A DNA stretch of 63,148 bases, filler included, from Octopus bimaculoides (GCF_001194135.2; 7 parts of 6 records of this genome joined end to end with filler, not necessarily neighbours in it), one strand, 5' to 3'. Shown: positions 37,830 to 51,542, numbered from the whole stretch's first letter. Program-made: numbers and translations. Notes: a model not told the origin generated them from the letters alone.

Positions 37830-38053
37830 TATAGGTGAGAAAGTTGGTATGTGAAAGCACGTGGTTGGATGTATAAAAGATAATAAGAGTGAAAAAACTA
37901 CAGAAGGCTTGTGTTACATGGTTAAAGTATATATTTAAATTATGTCAGAAAAATGTTATAAAATCTTTTTGGTATATAAACATTGTATTTTGAGAAATAA
38001 CCGGCTTCGTGTTGTCTCTTCAAATTTCTCTACTTCATTGTAACGTGTTCGCT
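37830..38053 (-). mobile_element. PLE-like terminal repeat, copy 1
   Basis: Near-identical to 45833-46075; contains HHR 37992-38030; 3' end anchored in TA repeat and gap. Confidence 0.75.
37992..38030 (-). ncRNA. Very small hammerhead motif (U3 variant, A15.1G mutated)
   Basis: GAGAAAU-UUGAAGA-G(ACAACA)C-GAAG-CCGG-UU-AUUUCUC. Confidence 0.6.
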
Positions 38054-39090
38054 ATGTATGTATGTCTAATCAGCTTCTGAAGAATGAAAGTTGAAATAGG
38101 ATTGGAACGAAGTAACGCAAAAAACTTTTGTCACAGCTCCACCGATTTTTCCACCTCGTGGTCTTAATTTTATGACAAATACTGCAGCATCTCTATTTTG
38201 CAACAGAGGTTCCAAAAATAAGCCATAAATGTATGAGGAAGAGGTTGTGGATTTCCCTCAATTAGATTTAACCTCAATTAACAAAACTAGAGAATACATT
38301 TACAATCATGTAATTAGTTAAAAATATAGTAAACAAAACAAGTAAACAAGTATTTTAATTATTCCTGTGTTAAGAGAGATGATTTAAAATTAATCTAACA
38401 GGATTAACAGACACAGATGTAACATAATATTAAGATATGCTAATATTTAAGAGCTGCATTATCATCATTGATCTATAGTAAGAGTGACATAGAAATAAGA
38501 TTATGTTAATAGATTTCAAATGTTGATGTAGTAGAAGATATTACATGATGTAAGAAGCCTATTATGTAATATAAGATATAGAATGTGATATACCATAGTA
38601 TGTAACATGAGATATTACATAATTCAATATAATACTGCATTGTATAATACTGCATTGCATAATATGATAATATTAGTTAATGTAATATAAAACTTTAAGC
38701 TGTTGTAAACCACAGTTCTGTGGTTTAAAATGTAATTAAATATCCATCACGTATTTGTGTATGTTTAGTATTTCTATAGAATACTATTTCGATGTATACG
38801 ACAAGGCTAGAAATTGGTTACAAACTTGTCGTTCATGTGACTTGCCGAAAATTCCTTGAAAAGTATAACCTCTCTGTGATCACTCGACCTGCTGGAAATA
38901 GCAGACAAGTCTGCCATTTTTATCAAATATCTAATCCCTTGGATAATGCAATTCAAGACATAACCCTAAAGGAAAGAACGCCTGGCATGCCATTGATTAT
39001 TATTGCACTCGATTAATGTTGGCTTACTGTTAATTCCAAGTTTTTACAGAACACTGTGACATTGTAATCTTAATAGTATATATTCTATTC

Positions 39091-39288
39091 AGGCGGTGAG
39101 CTGACAGAATTGTTAGCACGCGAGCACGATGGCATTGCGTCCGTCTTTAGATTTTGAGTTCAAATTTCGCCGAGGTCGACTTTGCTTTTCATCCTTTCAG
39201 GGCCGATTAAATAAGTGCTAGTTGAGGACTGGAGTTAATGTAATCCCCCTAAACTGTTGGCCATGTATCACAATTTGAAACCAATGTT
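39091..39288 (+). mobile_element. SINE family B, diverged
   Basis: aggcggtgagctgacagaa...gagttcaaatttcgccgaggtcgactttgcttttcatcctttc. Confidence 0.8.
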
Positions 39289-41397
39289 ATATTGCACCAG
39301 ATATTGTTTAAAATTATAAATATGCTTCAGATTTATAAATATGTTTTCTTGCACTGAAATGTTTAATAATTGTGCTGTTTGATGAGAGAAATTATGTAAA
39401 TATATGCCATAGCCTTGACTATCGCTACATTCAAATTTGAAAATTTGCAGCATCATGTAATACCTCAGTCTGAAGAGAGTTCAATATATCTCAAACAGAT
39501 ATATATATATATATATATATATATANNNNNNNNNNNNNNNNNNNNNNNNNNNNNNNNNNNNNNNNNNNNNNNNNNNNNNNNNNNNNNNNNNNNNNNNNNN
39601 NNNNNNNNNNNNNNNNNNNNNNNNNNNNNNNNNNNNNNNNNNNNNNNNNNNNNNNNNNNNNNNNNNNNNNNNNNNNNNNNNNNNNNNNNNNNNNNNNNNN
39701 NNNNNNNNNNNNNNNNNNNNNNNNNNNNNNNNNNNNNNNNNNNNNNNNNNNNNNNNNNNNNNNNNNNNNNNNNNNNNNNNNNNNNNNNNNNNNNNNNNNN
39801 NNNNNNNNNNNNNNNNNNNNNNNNNNNNNNNNNNNNNNNNNNNNNNNNNNNNNNNNNNNNNNNNNNNNNNNNNNNNNNNNNNNNNNNNNNNNNNNNNNNN
39901 NNNNNNNNNNNNNNNNNNNNNNNNNNNNNNNNNNNNNNNNNNNNNNNNNNNNNNNNNNNNNNNNNNNNNNNNNNNNNNNNNNNNNNNNNNNNATATATAT
40001 ATATATATATATATAGGTAAATTATGGGTGGAAAGGAAAAATGCGTTTTATCAATTATATACGTAATAAAAACCTCGATCTAACACTTTTGTAATTTTTG
40101 CCATCAAACCTCAGTTCCTGCTTCAAAACCACATAAGATTAGTCTTACCTGGAATTTATATAGACGTGACAGTTAAGTGAAAAGGACCCATATTCCATGT
40201 GTCGGGAATGTTATCATCCAGAATTGAATTTATTTCTCACATTTAGCGCAACAGAATCAAACCACAGGATTGATATGTTCACATGAAGATATTATATTCG
40301 TTTATAGCAATAATCATTCTTCCTAACAAAGCTAACAGAATTATTTTAGTTCATCTGCCATCCCTTTGTGACGTCAAAACTGTATCTTTCTCTTTCAAGT
40401 TCTTTGTAAACACTCATATCTTTTTATAGTGCAAAAGAAAATGTGACGAGAGGGCTCTGCTTCATCTTTATTATTCTTATCAACATCAACATACACGAGC
40501 AGATATAGTTTCACTGAAGAATTTACATTAACAATTTTCAAATACATTTTCATTCAAGCATGTAAACCGCGCAAAATATTTTTTTCTCCATTACTTTCTT
40601 ATTTCTTTTCGTCTTGCATTATGTTTAGCCAATGTAAGCTGTCTCTTTAAGATTTATAGATTTTAACTTTCAAAACTCATACAGAAATATTTTGTTATTN
40701 NNNNNNNNNNNNNNNNNNNNNNNNNNNNNNNNNNNNNNNNNNNNNNNNNNNNNNNNNNNNNNNNNNNNNNNNNNNNNNNNNNNNNNTATATATATATATA
40801 TATATATATGAAGGAGAAAAACGTTGTGACTAACCTTAGAAATATTGATTTCAACATACCCGTCTCTTCCATTGCATTGATTGCAGTGAGAATTAAAGTA
40901 GTTATGACAATAATAATGCTAATTCTATTCTAGGAAACACCGATCGACAGATATATGACTTACAAAAGAGATTTAGTCTCTTAAGCAGACGCAAAAGAAA
41001 GAACTAAAGGAAAGTGGTTCAGAGAGGAAATAACAGCGAAGGCATGCAACATTCCGATTGTGATGCCGTCGAGTTATAGTTGATTGAACAAGTGATATTG
41101 GAGAGAAGATTTTCTTGGCATTTATGAACAACATTATATTTTTGTTTTCTATTATTTCGTGATACGATATTAGTTTTCATTTCTAGAACAATCTTAAATC
41201 TTTGACATCACTCAAAAGTTTTAGCACGGACTTAAATTCTATCGAAAGTTCTATATATATATATATCCGTCAATGGGCAGAAATATTTGCGAGGAATTTG
41301 TAGCAGAAAATATGCCTCATATCTTGGATGAAACTTGTTTATTAATCGCCATTTTAAATTGTATAGCTACAAATGCTAATAAATGAAACATGAACTA

Positions 41398-41580
41398 GAA
41401 GAAGAAGAAGAAGAAGAAGAAGAAGAAGAAGAAGAAGAAGAAGAAGAAGAAGAAGAAGAAGAAGAAGAAGAAAAAGAAAAAGAAAAAGAAAAAGAAAAAG
41501 AAAAAGAAAAAGAAGAAGAAGAAGAAGAAGAAGAAGAAGAAGAAGAAGAAGAAGAAGAAGAAGAAGAAGAAGAAGAAGAA
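41398..41580. repeat. (GAA)n/(GAAAAA)n array abutting a family-B SINE tail (41581-41690, minus)
   Basis: Direct reading. Confidence 0.95.
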
Positions 41581-41769
41581 TGGTTTCAAATTTTTGCCAG
41601 AAGGGCAGTAATTTGGGGGAGGGAATGAATCGATTACATCGAGTTATTTTATCGATCGCGATAGGATGAAAGGCAAAGTCGATATCGAATTACTATAAAG
41701 TTGATTGACCCACGAATAGTCAAGAAGGAAGGCGTAAAAAGTAGATATATACAATTCTTTTAAGTATAA

Positions 41770-41910
41770 AATAGCCCAGCTCTGGAAAGTATGTGAAGAT
41801 AGTGCCAATTATCGTTGGGTCCTTGAAGACAGTATCAGAAGGCATCAAGAGGAATATAAAAGAAATCGGAATAGAATTCCCAGTAGAACTGTTACCCTAA
41901 TATGCTCTGA
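41770..41910 (+). mobile_element. R4/Dong-like LINE, old RLE C-terminal fragment
   Basis: IAQLWKV..IVPIIVGSLKTVSEGIKRNIKEIGIEFPVELL aligns with 52616-52885. Confidence 0.65.
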
Positions 41911-42137
41911 GGACTTTTATCCAGAGAACAATATCGTTTCAATTTTCATAGTTTTGTAGCATTATTTTTAGCACTTATATATACACATGCTTTTTAAAAC
42001 CTATTCCGTTCGCTCTCTTCGAGATTATATAATCATGCACTGTATTAAAGGCTTCATATCTATCATCAATCTCAAGAATCTGGATGGTATCTGGTGGATA
42101 ATGTATGAATGCAGCTGATATCAAGGAAAATTTTTCA

Positions 42138-42140
42138 TGG

Positions 42141-42186
<46 letters not shown>

Positions 42187-42255
42187 GATGATGATGATGA
42201 TGATGATGATGATAATGATGATGATGATGATGATGATGATGATGGCAACGACGAC

Positions 42256-42298
<43 letters not shown>

Positions 42299-42383
42299 GC
42301 AACGACGACGATGATGATGATGATGATGATGATGACGATGACGACGACAATAATGATGATAATGATGCGACGACGACAACGAC

Positions 42384-42421
<38 letters not shown>

Positions 42422-42435
42422 CGATGATGATGATT
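42138..42435. repeat. (GAT)n/(GAC)n array of about 300 bp
   Basis: Direct reading; explains poly-D/M/H/S/I ORFs. Confidence 0.95.
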
Positions 42436-43220
42436 TGTGGCACCTTCAGCACTTTTTTTAGTAAAGGGTTCTACATTTCCGTGTCGTGGAGAAAAATTGC
42501 AGTTTGAAATAATTTTGTAGATAAACTTGACAGCTTTTTTTTTTTTATGGTTTCTTTTTGTTGTAGTTTTTTCTTTTTTCGCGTGAACCCAGGTGCGAAA
42601 TGTTGAGCTTGCCAGCAAGAGATCCCAATTTTTTGAGAATATCTCAAGAGTGTTAGGAAATATGATTTGTGCATTTTTAATGGAATTATCACTAAGAGGC
42701 CTGGCATCAGTATATTGCTTATCTCTCAGAAAACATTGACAGCATTATGAAGAAATTCTCCACCACTAAAGTCACTATCTAGGAATTCGCAATCTATAAT
42801 CTGTACACTTAAGCAATGTAGTTCTATCACCTCTAAACACGACACAATCATACATAACATTTAAAACACCTGTGATATCACTCAACACTACCTCTTACAT
42901 TGTCAATACCTACAGAATGTCTGCTCACAAACTCATCATCCCCATATCTACCATCTGCATACCTCTACCAACATACCTGTAAAAGATACTCACTTCTCAG
43001 TATCTGGTTCATTGCAAGTATCTTTCTGAGTGTCGTTGTAGCTTTCATTCCCATTTTCGTTTTTAGTGCTGAGGGTTCAAAGATGGATTCCTCTCATTTA
43101 GGAATCGCTTGTTTCAGACATCTGACACGCTAGACTGAAGTGATATTATATGGTGCGTAACGGTGGTCATGCCATTTTTTTATGGCATTATTGATCAGAG
43201 TCTATAAACATACGCACAAT

Positions 43221-43630
43221 AGGCGCAGGAGTGGCTGTGTGGTAAGTAGCTTGATTACCAACCACATGGTTACGGGTTCAGTCCTACTGCGTGGCACCTT
43301 GGGCAAGTGTCTTCTACTATAGCCTCGGGCCGACCAAAGCCTTGTGAGTGGATTTGGTAGATGGAAACTGAAAGAAGCCCGTCGTATATATGTATATATA
43401 TTTGTGTGTGTATATGTTTGTGTGTCTGTGTTTATCCCCCCCCCCTCCAACATCTATGACAACCGATGGTGGTGTGTTTACGTCCCCGTAACTTAGCGGT
43501 TCGGCAAAAGAGACTGATAGAATAAGTACTAGGCATCCAAAGAATAAGTCCTGGGGTCGATTTGCTCGACTAAAGGCGGTGCTCCAGCATGGCCGCAGTC
43601 AAATGACTGAAACAAGTAAAGAAAGAAAGA
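43221..43630 (+). mobile_element. SINE family A, full length
   Basis: Cleanest copy: aggcgcaggagtggctgtgtggtaag...ggcggtgctccagcatggccgcagtcaaatgactgaaacaagtaaa. Confidence 0.9.
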
Positions 43631-43699
43631 TACTTCAATTTATCCATCTCTCTCTCTCTTTCTCTATTCTCTCTTCCTTTCTCCAGTTCTTTTTCCTGG

Positions 43700-44097
43700 T
43701 GATATTCCATGCCAACCCCTGAAGTGCAAAACTAGTTAAATTCAATGAAAACTTGAAACAACTCTTCATACCACAAGAGGGTCTTTTATGTAGGGGTAGA
43801 TTTCCTAAAACACTTGACATGGCTCATAATGTTAATAAGTAGGGCAGCCCTTCCCAGACTCGAGACAGTTATTTTACGTCACAAATCGAAAGTCATGGTT
43901 TCCCAATTCAAAAGTAAAGAATAGCAACAAAAATACCCATTGGCCAAAGAGACAGACACAATGAAGTCTTTAAAGTCCTAAGACGCAACTGTAAATGGCG
44001 GCTACGTCACACTTGTGAGGAAGCCATCACACATATGATCAACAGCTGCTGCCCAAGAATCAAGGTGCTTCCACGCCCCACTGCGACATGTTGCTGA
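43700..44097 (+). mobile_element. R4/NeSL-group LINE fragment with decayed CCHC finger
   Basis: ESHGFPIQK*RIATK (cf. FEGYAFAxQEQEIATKY at 48.3 kb) and NCKWRLRHTCEEAITHMINSCCP (CRLC..E..HV.S.C). Confidence 0.65.
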
Positions 44098-44958
44098 AAT
44101 AATATAAAATAACATCAGGAGAAAAGGCTGTCCTCTGTTAAATATAGACAATGCCTTTGTTTTTATTATTATTATATAATATATATATATATATTATNNN
44201 NNNNNNNNNNNNNNNNNNNNNNNNNNNNNNNNNNNNNNNNNNNNNNNNNNNNNNNNNNNNNNNNNNNNNNNNNNNNNNNNNNNNNNNNNNNNNNNNNNNN
44301 NNNNNNNNNNNNNNNNNNNNNNNNNNNNNNNNNNNNNNNNNNNNNNNNNNNNNNNNNNNNNNNNNNNNNNNNNNNNNNNNNNNNNNNNNNNNNNNNNNNN
44401 NNNNNNNNNNNNNNNNNNNNNNNNNNNNNNNNNNNNNNNNNNNNNNNNNNNNNNNNNNNNNNNNNNNNNNNNNNNNNNNNNNNNNNNNNNNNNNNNNNNN
44501 NNNNNNNNNNNNNNNNNNNNNNNNNNNNNNNNNNNNNNNNNNNNNNNNNNNNNNNNNNNNNNNNNNNNNNNNNNNNNNNNNNNNNNNNNNNNNNNNNNNN
44601 NNNNNNNNNNNNNNNNNNNNNNNNNNNNNNNNNNNNNNNNNNNNNNNNNNNNNNNNNNNNNNNNNNNNNNNNNNNNNNNNNNNNNNNNNNNNNNNNNNNN
44701 NNNNNNNNNNNNNNNNNNNNNNNNNNNNNNNNNNNNNNNNNNNNNNNNNNNNNNNNNNNNNNNNNNNNNNNNNNNNNNNNNNNNNNNNNNNNNNNNNNNN
44801 NNNNNNNNNNNNNNNNNNNNNNNNNNNNNNNNNNNNNNNNNNNNNNNNNNNNNNNNNNNNNNNNNNNNNNNNNNNNNNNNNNNNNNNNNNNNNNNNNNNN
44901 NNNNNNNNNNNNNNNNNNNNNNNNNNNNNNNNNNNNNNNNNNNNNNNNNNNNNNNNNN

Positions 44959-44996
<38 letters not shown>

Positions 44997-45282
44997 GATT
45001 ACAGCGCACTTCTCGCTTACTAAGGTAGTGGTCAGCACGAGGTAGAATAATTTAATAAGAAAAAAAAGCGCCTACGTAATTCCGCAGTATATTTCTTAGA
45101 TTTGTTTTGTACACGATATGTCACTGACCTCGAAAGAACAAAACCAACACTCGAGCACGTTGTGATTTGAACACTGACCGTAGAGTTTGACATCTAAATA
45201 CCGCATGGCATTTTTCATGACTACCCTAACGATTCTACCGAAACGCCATGTTCACGGTAGAAAGAGATATCAGTTACAAATT

Positions 45283-45560
45283 TTGGCACAAGACCAGCAA
45301 TTTAGAGGGAGGGGGTAAGTCGATTACATCGGCCCCCAATACTCGATTGATACTTATTTTTTTGGTCCCCGAAAGTTGAACTCGGCGGAATTTGAACTCA
45401 GAACATGAAGACGGGCAAAATGCCGCTAGGCATTTCGCCCAGCATGCTAACGTTTCTTATTTCCTTATTGCCCACAAGGGGCTAAACATAGAGGGGACAA
45501 ACAAGGACAGACAAAGGGATTAAGTCGAATACATCGACCCTAGCGCATAACTGGTACTTA
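45283..45560 (-). mobile_element. Two family-B SINE pieces in tandem
   Basis: 45283-45455 head and core; 45455-45560 tail. Confidence 0.75.
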
Positions 45561-45655
45561 CCCGGTTGTAAAACTTGTACACTATTCTGTGTATAGCAAA
45601 CTAGTTAAAAGAAAAATGACAAAAACTACGGTTATATTGTGTCTACTTTCTCTAT

Positions 45656-45714
<59 letters not shown>

Positions 45715-45752
45715 ATAGACTATCCAACTAATACATGACTAACACTTATATA

Positions 45753-45832
<80 letters not shown>

Positions 45833-45836
<4 letters not shown>

Positions 45837-46075
45837 AAGTTGGTATGTGAAAGCACGTGGTTGGATGTATAAAAGATAATAAGAGTGAAAAAACTACAGG
45901 AGGCTTGTGTAACATGGTTAAAGTATATATTTAAATTATGTCAGAAAAATGTTAGAAATGGAGCGAACACGTTACAATGAAGTAGAGAAATTTGAAAAGA
46001 CAACACGAAACCGGTTATTTCTCAAAATACCATGTTTATATACCAAAAAGATTTTATAACATTTTTCTAACATTT
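45833..46075. mobile_element. PLE-like terminal repeat, copy 2, with inverted segment
   Basis: 45833-45954 colinear with 37836-37960; 45962-46075 is the reverse complement of about 37943-38053. Confidence 0.8.
45985..46023 (+). ncRNA. Very small hammerhead, U3-A8 variant, otherwise intact core
   Basis: GAGAAAU-UUGAAAA-G(ACAACA)C-GAAA-CCGG-UU-AUUUCUC: perfect 7-bp helix I, 1-bp helix II, palindrome AACCGGUU. Confidence 0.7.
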
Positions 46076-47801
46076 NNNNNNNNNNNNNNNNNNNNNNNNN
46101 NNNNNNNNNNNNNNNNNNNNNNNNNNNNNNNNNNNNNNNNNNNNNNNNNNNNNNNNNNNNNNNNNNNNNNNNNNNNNNNNNNNNNNNNNNNNNNNNNNNN
46201 NNNNNNNNNNNNNNNNNNNNNNNNNNNNNNNNNNNNNNNNNNNNNNNNNNNNNNNNNNNNNNNNNNNNNNNNNNNNNNNNNNNNNNNNNNNNNNNNNNNN
46301 NNNNNNNNNNNNNNNNNNNNNNNNNNNNNNNNNNNNNNNNNNNNNNNNNNNNNNNNNNNNNNNNNNNNNNNNNNNNNNNNNNNNNNNNNNNNNNNNNNNN
46401 NNNNNNNNNNNNNNNNNNNNNNNNNNNNNNNNNNNNNNNNNNNNNNNNNNNNNNNNNNNNNNNNNNNNNNNNNNNNNNNNNNNNNNNNNNNNNNNNNNNN
46501 NNNNNNNNNNNNNNNNNNNNNNNNNNNNNNNNNNNNNNNNNNNNNNNNNNNNNNNNNNNNNNNNNNNNNNNNNNNNNNNNNNNNNNNNNNNNNNNNNNNN
46601 NNNNNNNNNNNNNNNNNNNNNNNNNNNNNNNNNNNNNNNNNNNNNNNNNNNNNNNNNNNNNNNNNNNNNNNNNNNNNNNNNNNNNNNNNNNNNNNNNNNN
46701 NNNNNNNNNNNNNNNNNNNNNNNNNNNNNNNNNNNNNNNNNNNNNNNNNNNNNNNNNNNNNNNNNNNNNNNNNNNNNNNNNNNNNNNNNNNNNNNNNNNN
46801 NNNNNNNNNNNNNNNNNNNNNNNNNNNNNNNNNNNNNNNNNNNNNNNNNNNNNNNNNNNNNNNNNNNNNNNNNNNNNNNNNNNNNNNNNNNNNNNNNNNN
46901 NNNNNNNNNNNNNNNNNNNNNNNNNNNNNNNNNNNNNNNNNNNNNNNNNNNNNNNNNNNNNNNNNNNNNNNNNNNNNNNNNNNNNNNNNNNNNNNNNNNN
47001 NNNNNNNNNNNNNNNNNNNNNNNNNNNNNNNNNNNATAAATATATATGTATAGAGGGCGAAAAAGAGAGATAAACAGCGTTTACTTGATATATTTCCTTT
47101 TGTTTATTTAGCTCTAGTTAATTATACTTTTATTTATTCAATCAAAATTTTCTAACATTCTACAAAAATTAAGAAAATATACAGATCGATACCAAACTCT
47201 CTCTCTTTCTGTCTCCTTCTCCTCTCCCTCTCTCTCTCTCCTCCCCCTCTTTGTCTCTTTCTTTCTCTCTATTTTGTTTTTTATTCAAGTCTTTTAAACT
47301 GATAGTTGAACTGATTCGCTAATTTAGAATTTAATGGTAATTTCACTGGAACAAAGAAATATTGGTTTTCAATAAAGTTGCGTTTGGGCGTCGCTAAGTG
47401 GTAAGTATCTGATAATGAAACTATTGATAATTGTATAAATCTAACGATGTATCGAAGTAGGCAATAGGCTCCCGCATATATAATATATCTATTGACTAAT
47501 ACGTAGCTAACGCAGATAATATATATAAGTATATAAGTATATAAGTACATATATATACATGTGTGTGTGTGCGTTTATATATATATATATATATATGTAC
47601 ACACATTTATGCTTACATTTGTGTGTGTGTATGTATTACTGAACGAGAATCTCGAATCTACTTGAATGAATTTAATTGAACACATTTCTGAATGAAATCG
47701 CCTGCTTGAATATTATGAGGCACATCCACATGCGTACACACATACACACATACAAACATGCACGCACGCACATTCACACGCACACAAACACGCACACACA
47801 A

Positions 47802-47840
<39 letters not shown>

Positions 47841-48190
47841 NNNNNNNNNNNNNNNNNNNNNNNNNNNNNNNNNNNNNNNNNNNNTTAATTAATTAANNNN
47901 NNNNNNNNNNNNNNNNNNNNNNNNNNNNNNNNNNNNNNNNGTCAAAAGAACAAGACAAGCGTTCCAAAATTATGTTTCTCGACATTTTTCAAATGTCAAG
48001 AAGGAAATTTTTGTATTTTGCTAGGGCCGAAACTGCCCCTGGGGGTCAATTCCTGCCCTTGAAAATACACACAAATGAAGCCTAGGTGCTTCGCAACAAA
48101 ATTATTTAAAAATTCCAACAAAATGTGGACAGTAAATGGTCAAATAAACGTTTACCTTCGCAGCCGATGTGACAGCACGTCCGTGAGAAG

Positions 48191-48221
<31 letters not shown>

Positions 48222-48310
48222 GAGATAGAGAGATAGAAAAAATAAAGAATCATGACATAGCCTACACATGCGGTTGCACCTAGGGATTAGAAGTGTGTCA
48301 CTGTCTCTCT

Positions 48311-48525
48311 TGTTCACAAGGTACTTTGTGGCAATCTCCTGTTCCTGGTTTGCAAACGCATAGCCTTCAAAGTGTGACGTGATGTAGTGGTCTTGTGTCC
48401 AAAGGGGTTGCGCTTCGTGTCAGTTCTACTGTCTTCTTCAATCTTCCGGGGTACATACCCATGCAAAGTCCTTTTTTCTATGCTGAGAGTGCTTTCCATG
48501 CAAGTCTTCTCTGAAGTAAGGGAGC
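48311..48525 (-). mobile_element. R4/NeSL-group LINE fragment
   Basis: LHGYVPRKIEED..ITSHFEGYAFANQEQEIATKYLVN with one frameshift. Confidence 0.75.
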
Positions 48526-48591
48526 CCAAGTATGTATGCTTATAAATATCTGCAACTGCATGGCTGAAACGATTAAAAGAATAAAAAAAGA

Positions 48592-48662
<71 letters not shown>

Positions 48663-48752
48663 NNNNNNNNNNNNNNNNNNNNNNNNNNNNNNNNNNNNNN
48701 NNNNNNNNNNNNNNNNNNNNNNNNNNNNNNNNNNNNNNNNNNNNNNNNNNNN

Positions 48753-48791
<39 letters not shown>

Positions 48792-49010
48792 TTATATATT
48801 TATACATATATATATATAGATAGATATACATACATCATACATGCATACTTACAGACAGTCACGCACATATATATATGTGTGTATGTATATGAGTATGTAT
48901 GTATAACATGAGGAAGAGAGAGATTGTTTTCAACTTCCTTCCTTCTGTCTTTTCCTTCCTTCCTGTCAGTCTTTGTTAGTTTTCTTCATTTCTTTCTCAT
49001 TGTCTAACCT

Positions 49011-49050
<40 letters not shown>

Positions 49051-49316
49051 CACTCTTTCCCTTACTCACTCTCACTTTATCTCATTTTCTCTCACTCTCA
49101 CTCGTTCTCTCTCTCTCTCACTCTTTTCCAACTTTTCTCCTCCTTAAAACCTTTTGTCTTTCTTTTCCCGAACGTCGTTCTTTTGTAAACTCATTTGATT
49201 TCATTTAATTGTATATTCGCAATCATTTATAATCACCTTCCTTCCTTCGTTCCCTGATACTAGTATTTATGTTATCGCCCTCTCCATCTCTCTCTATTTC
49301 TTTCTCTCTCTCTCTA

Positions 49317-49352
<36 letters not shown>

Positions 49353-49644
49353 TCTCTCTTTCACTCTCTCTCTCTCAACATCTATCCATCTAGGTATCTA
49401 ACTCCCGTTCTATCCCTTCTTCACTCATCCAAACTATCTCTTGGCCTCTCGTTTCTTTCTTCCGAATATTCATTCTTTTATGAATGCAGTACATTTCATG
49501 ATATGACTCAAATCATTTCTCTGTGTGTGAGAAAAACGTGCGTGCGTGCGTCCGTGCGTGTGCGTGTATGTGAGCGCACGTGTATGTGCGCATGTGTATG
49601 GGATCTTTCTTTTCTATTTATTTATTTATCAATTGATTTTTGAG

Positions 49645-49748
<104 letters not shown>

Positions 49749-50018
49749 ATAGATATTCCCTATATATCCACAAATATATACCCATGAATATATACGAATT
49801 TATAAATATGTACAAACACACACTCACACACACATACGCACCCACACACAAACACGCAAACACACACGCACATAAACACATACACAAACACATACACACA
49901 CACATGATATGTATCTTTGTAAGCGTAATACAAAAGGGATTGAAAAATTGTAATACCTACATAAAAACATATATACATATTATATATNNNNNNNNNNTAT
50001 ATGTGTCTGTGTCTGTGT

Positions 50019-50050
<32 letters not shown>

Positions 50051-51507
50051 ACGTGTATACACACACACACACACACACATACACACACACATATATTGAT
50101 TGATTGATTTCATTTTATTTTCATAAATTCCTTTCCAATTATTCTTCTATTTCACATTTCTCTTTTTTTTTTCTCAAATCATAAAAGCAAAAACAACACA
50201 CCCATTTCTCGAGCCCCTCTCCCACTACCACTTTTTTTACTTTTATTCACTATTTTTCTCTTCCAGTCTTTATCCCTACAGCATACCCTGTCGCTTCCAC
50301 CACCACAACCACAAAGACTCAACCTCCCACCAACACACCTACCGTAGTTTCAATCTTTCATCCTATTCCGCCATTTTTGCCTTCGAATTTCTCAGTGTTT
50401 CTTTTTATTTTCTTATTTCCGGGTGGTGGTGGGAGGAATTTATTTTTATTTTTTGAATTATTTCCTTCAACTTTTCTTTCAGTTTCTCTCTGGTGAATTC
50501 ATTTTAATTTCGTCATCTATGTATCTTTCGGCTCATGTTTTGTTTCTGGGTTTTTTTTTCTGCATTTTTGTTTATATTTTTCACCATTTCTTTTACTAAA
50601 ATTCCTTTTCTTTTATTCCTTTTCTCTCTCATTCTTTCTTTCTCTCTCCAAGTTATTAAATCCTAACCAAAAACCAATCAGAAACCAATTGATTTATATT
50701 TAATGAACACTCTTACCTTCTTCCTTCTGTTTTTTATGACAGTTATTACACATATACGTATGTATGCATATAATATGATATATATATATATATANNNNNN
50801 NNNNNNNNNNNNNNNNNNNNNNNNNNNNNNNNNNNNNNNNNNNNNNNNNNNNNNNNNNNNNNNNNNNNNNNNNNNNNNNNNNNNNNNNNNNNNNNNNNNN
50901 NNNNNNNNNNNNNNNNNNNNNNNNNNNNNNNNNNNNNNNNNNNNNNNNNNNNNNNNNNNNNNNNNNNNNNNNNNNNNNNNNNNNNNNNNNNNNNNNNNNN
51001 NNNNNNNNNNNNNNNNNNNNNNNNNNNNNNNNNNNNNNNNNNNNNNNNNNNNNNNNNNNNNNNNNNNNNNNNNNNNNNNNNNNNNNNNNNNNNNNNNNNN
51101 NNNNNNNNNNNNNNNNNNNNNNNNNNNNNNNNNNNNNNNNNNNNNNNNNNNNNNNNNNNNNNNNNNNNNNNNNNNNNNNNNNNNNNNNNNNNNNNNNNNN
51201 NNNNNNNNNNNNNNNNNNNNNNNNNNNNNNNNNNNNNNNNNNNNNNNNNNNNNNNNNNNNNNNNNNNNNNNNNNNNNNNNNNNNNNNNNNNNNNNNNNNN
51301 NNNNNNNNNNNNNNNNNNNNNNNNNNNNNNNNNNNNNNNNNNNNNNNNNNNNNNNNNNNNNNNNNNNNNNNNNNNNNNNNNNNNNNNNNNNNNNNNNNNN
51401 NNNNNNNNNNNNNNNNNNNNNNNNNNNNNNNNNNNNNNNNNNNNNNNNNNNNNNNNNNNNNNNNNNNNNNNNNNNNNNNNNNNNNNNNNNNNNNNNNNNN
51501 NNNNNNN

Positions 51508-51542
<35 letters not shown>

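Noticed and set aside
39465-39500. CTGAAGA-GAG...CTC-AAAC partial hammerhead
   Set aside because: G12 missing and helix III/I replaced by (TA)n; too incomplete
40144-40215. Perfect minus-strand donor CAG|GTAAGA with short frame MEYGSFSLNCHVYINS
   Set aside because: No convincing acceptor or homology; isolated donors occur by chance at this AT content
41383-42618. Poly-E, poly-F, poly-D, poly-H, poly-M ORFs
   Set aside because: Translations of (GAA)n and (GAT)n arrays with no unique flanking coding sequence or splice support
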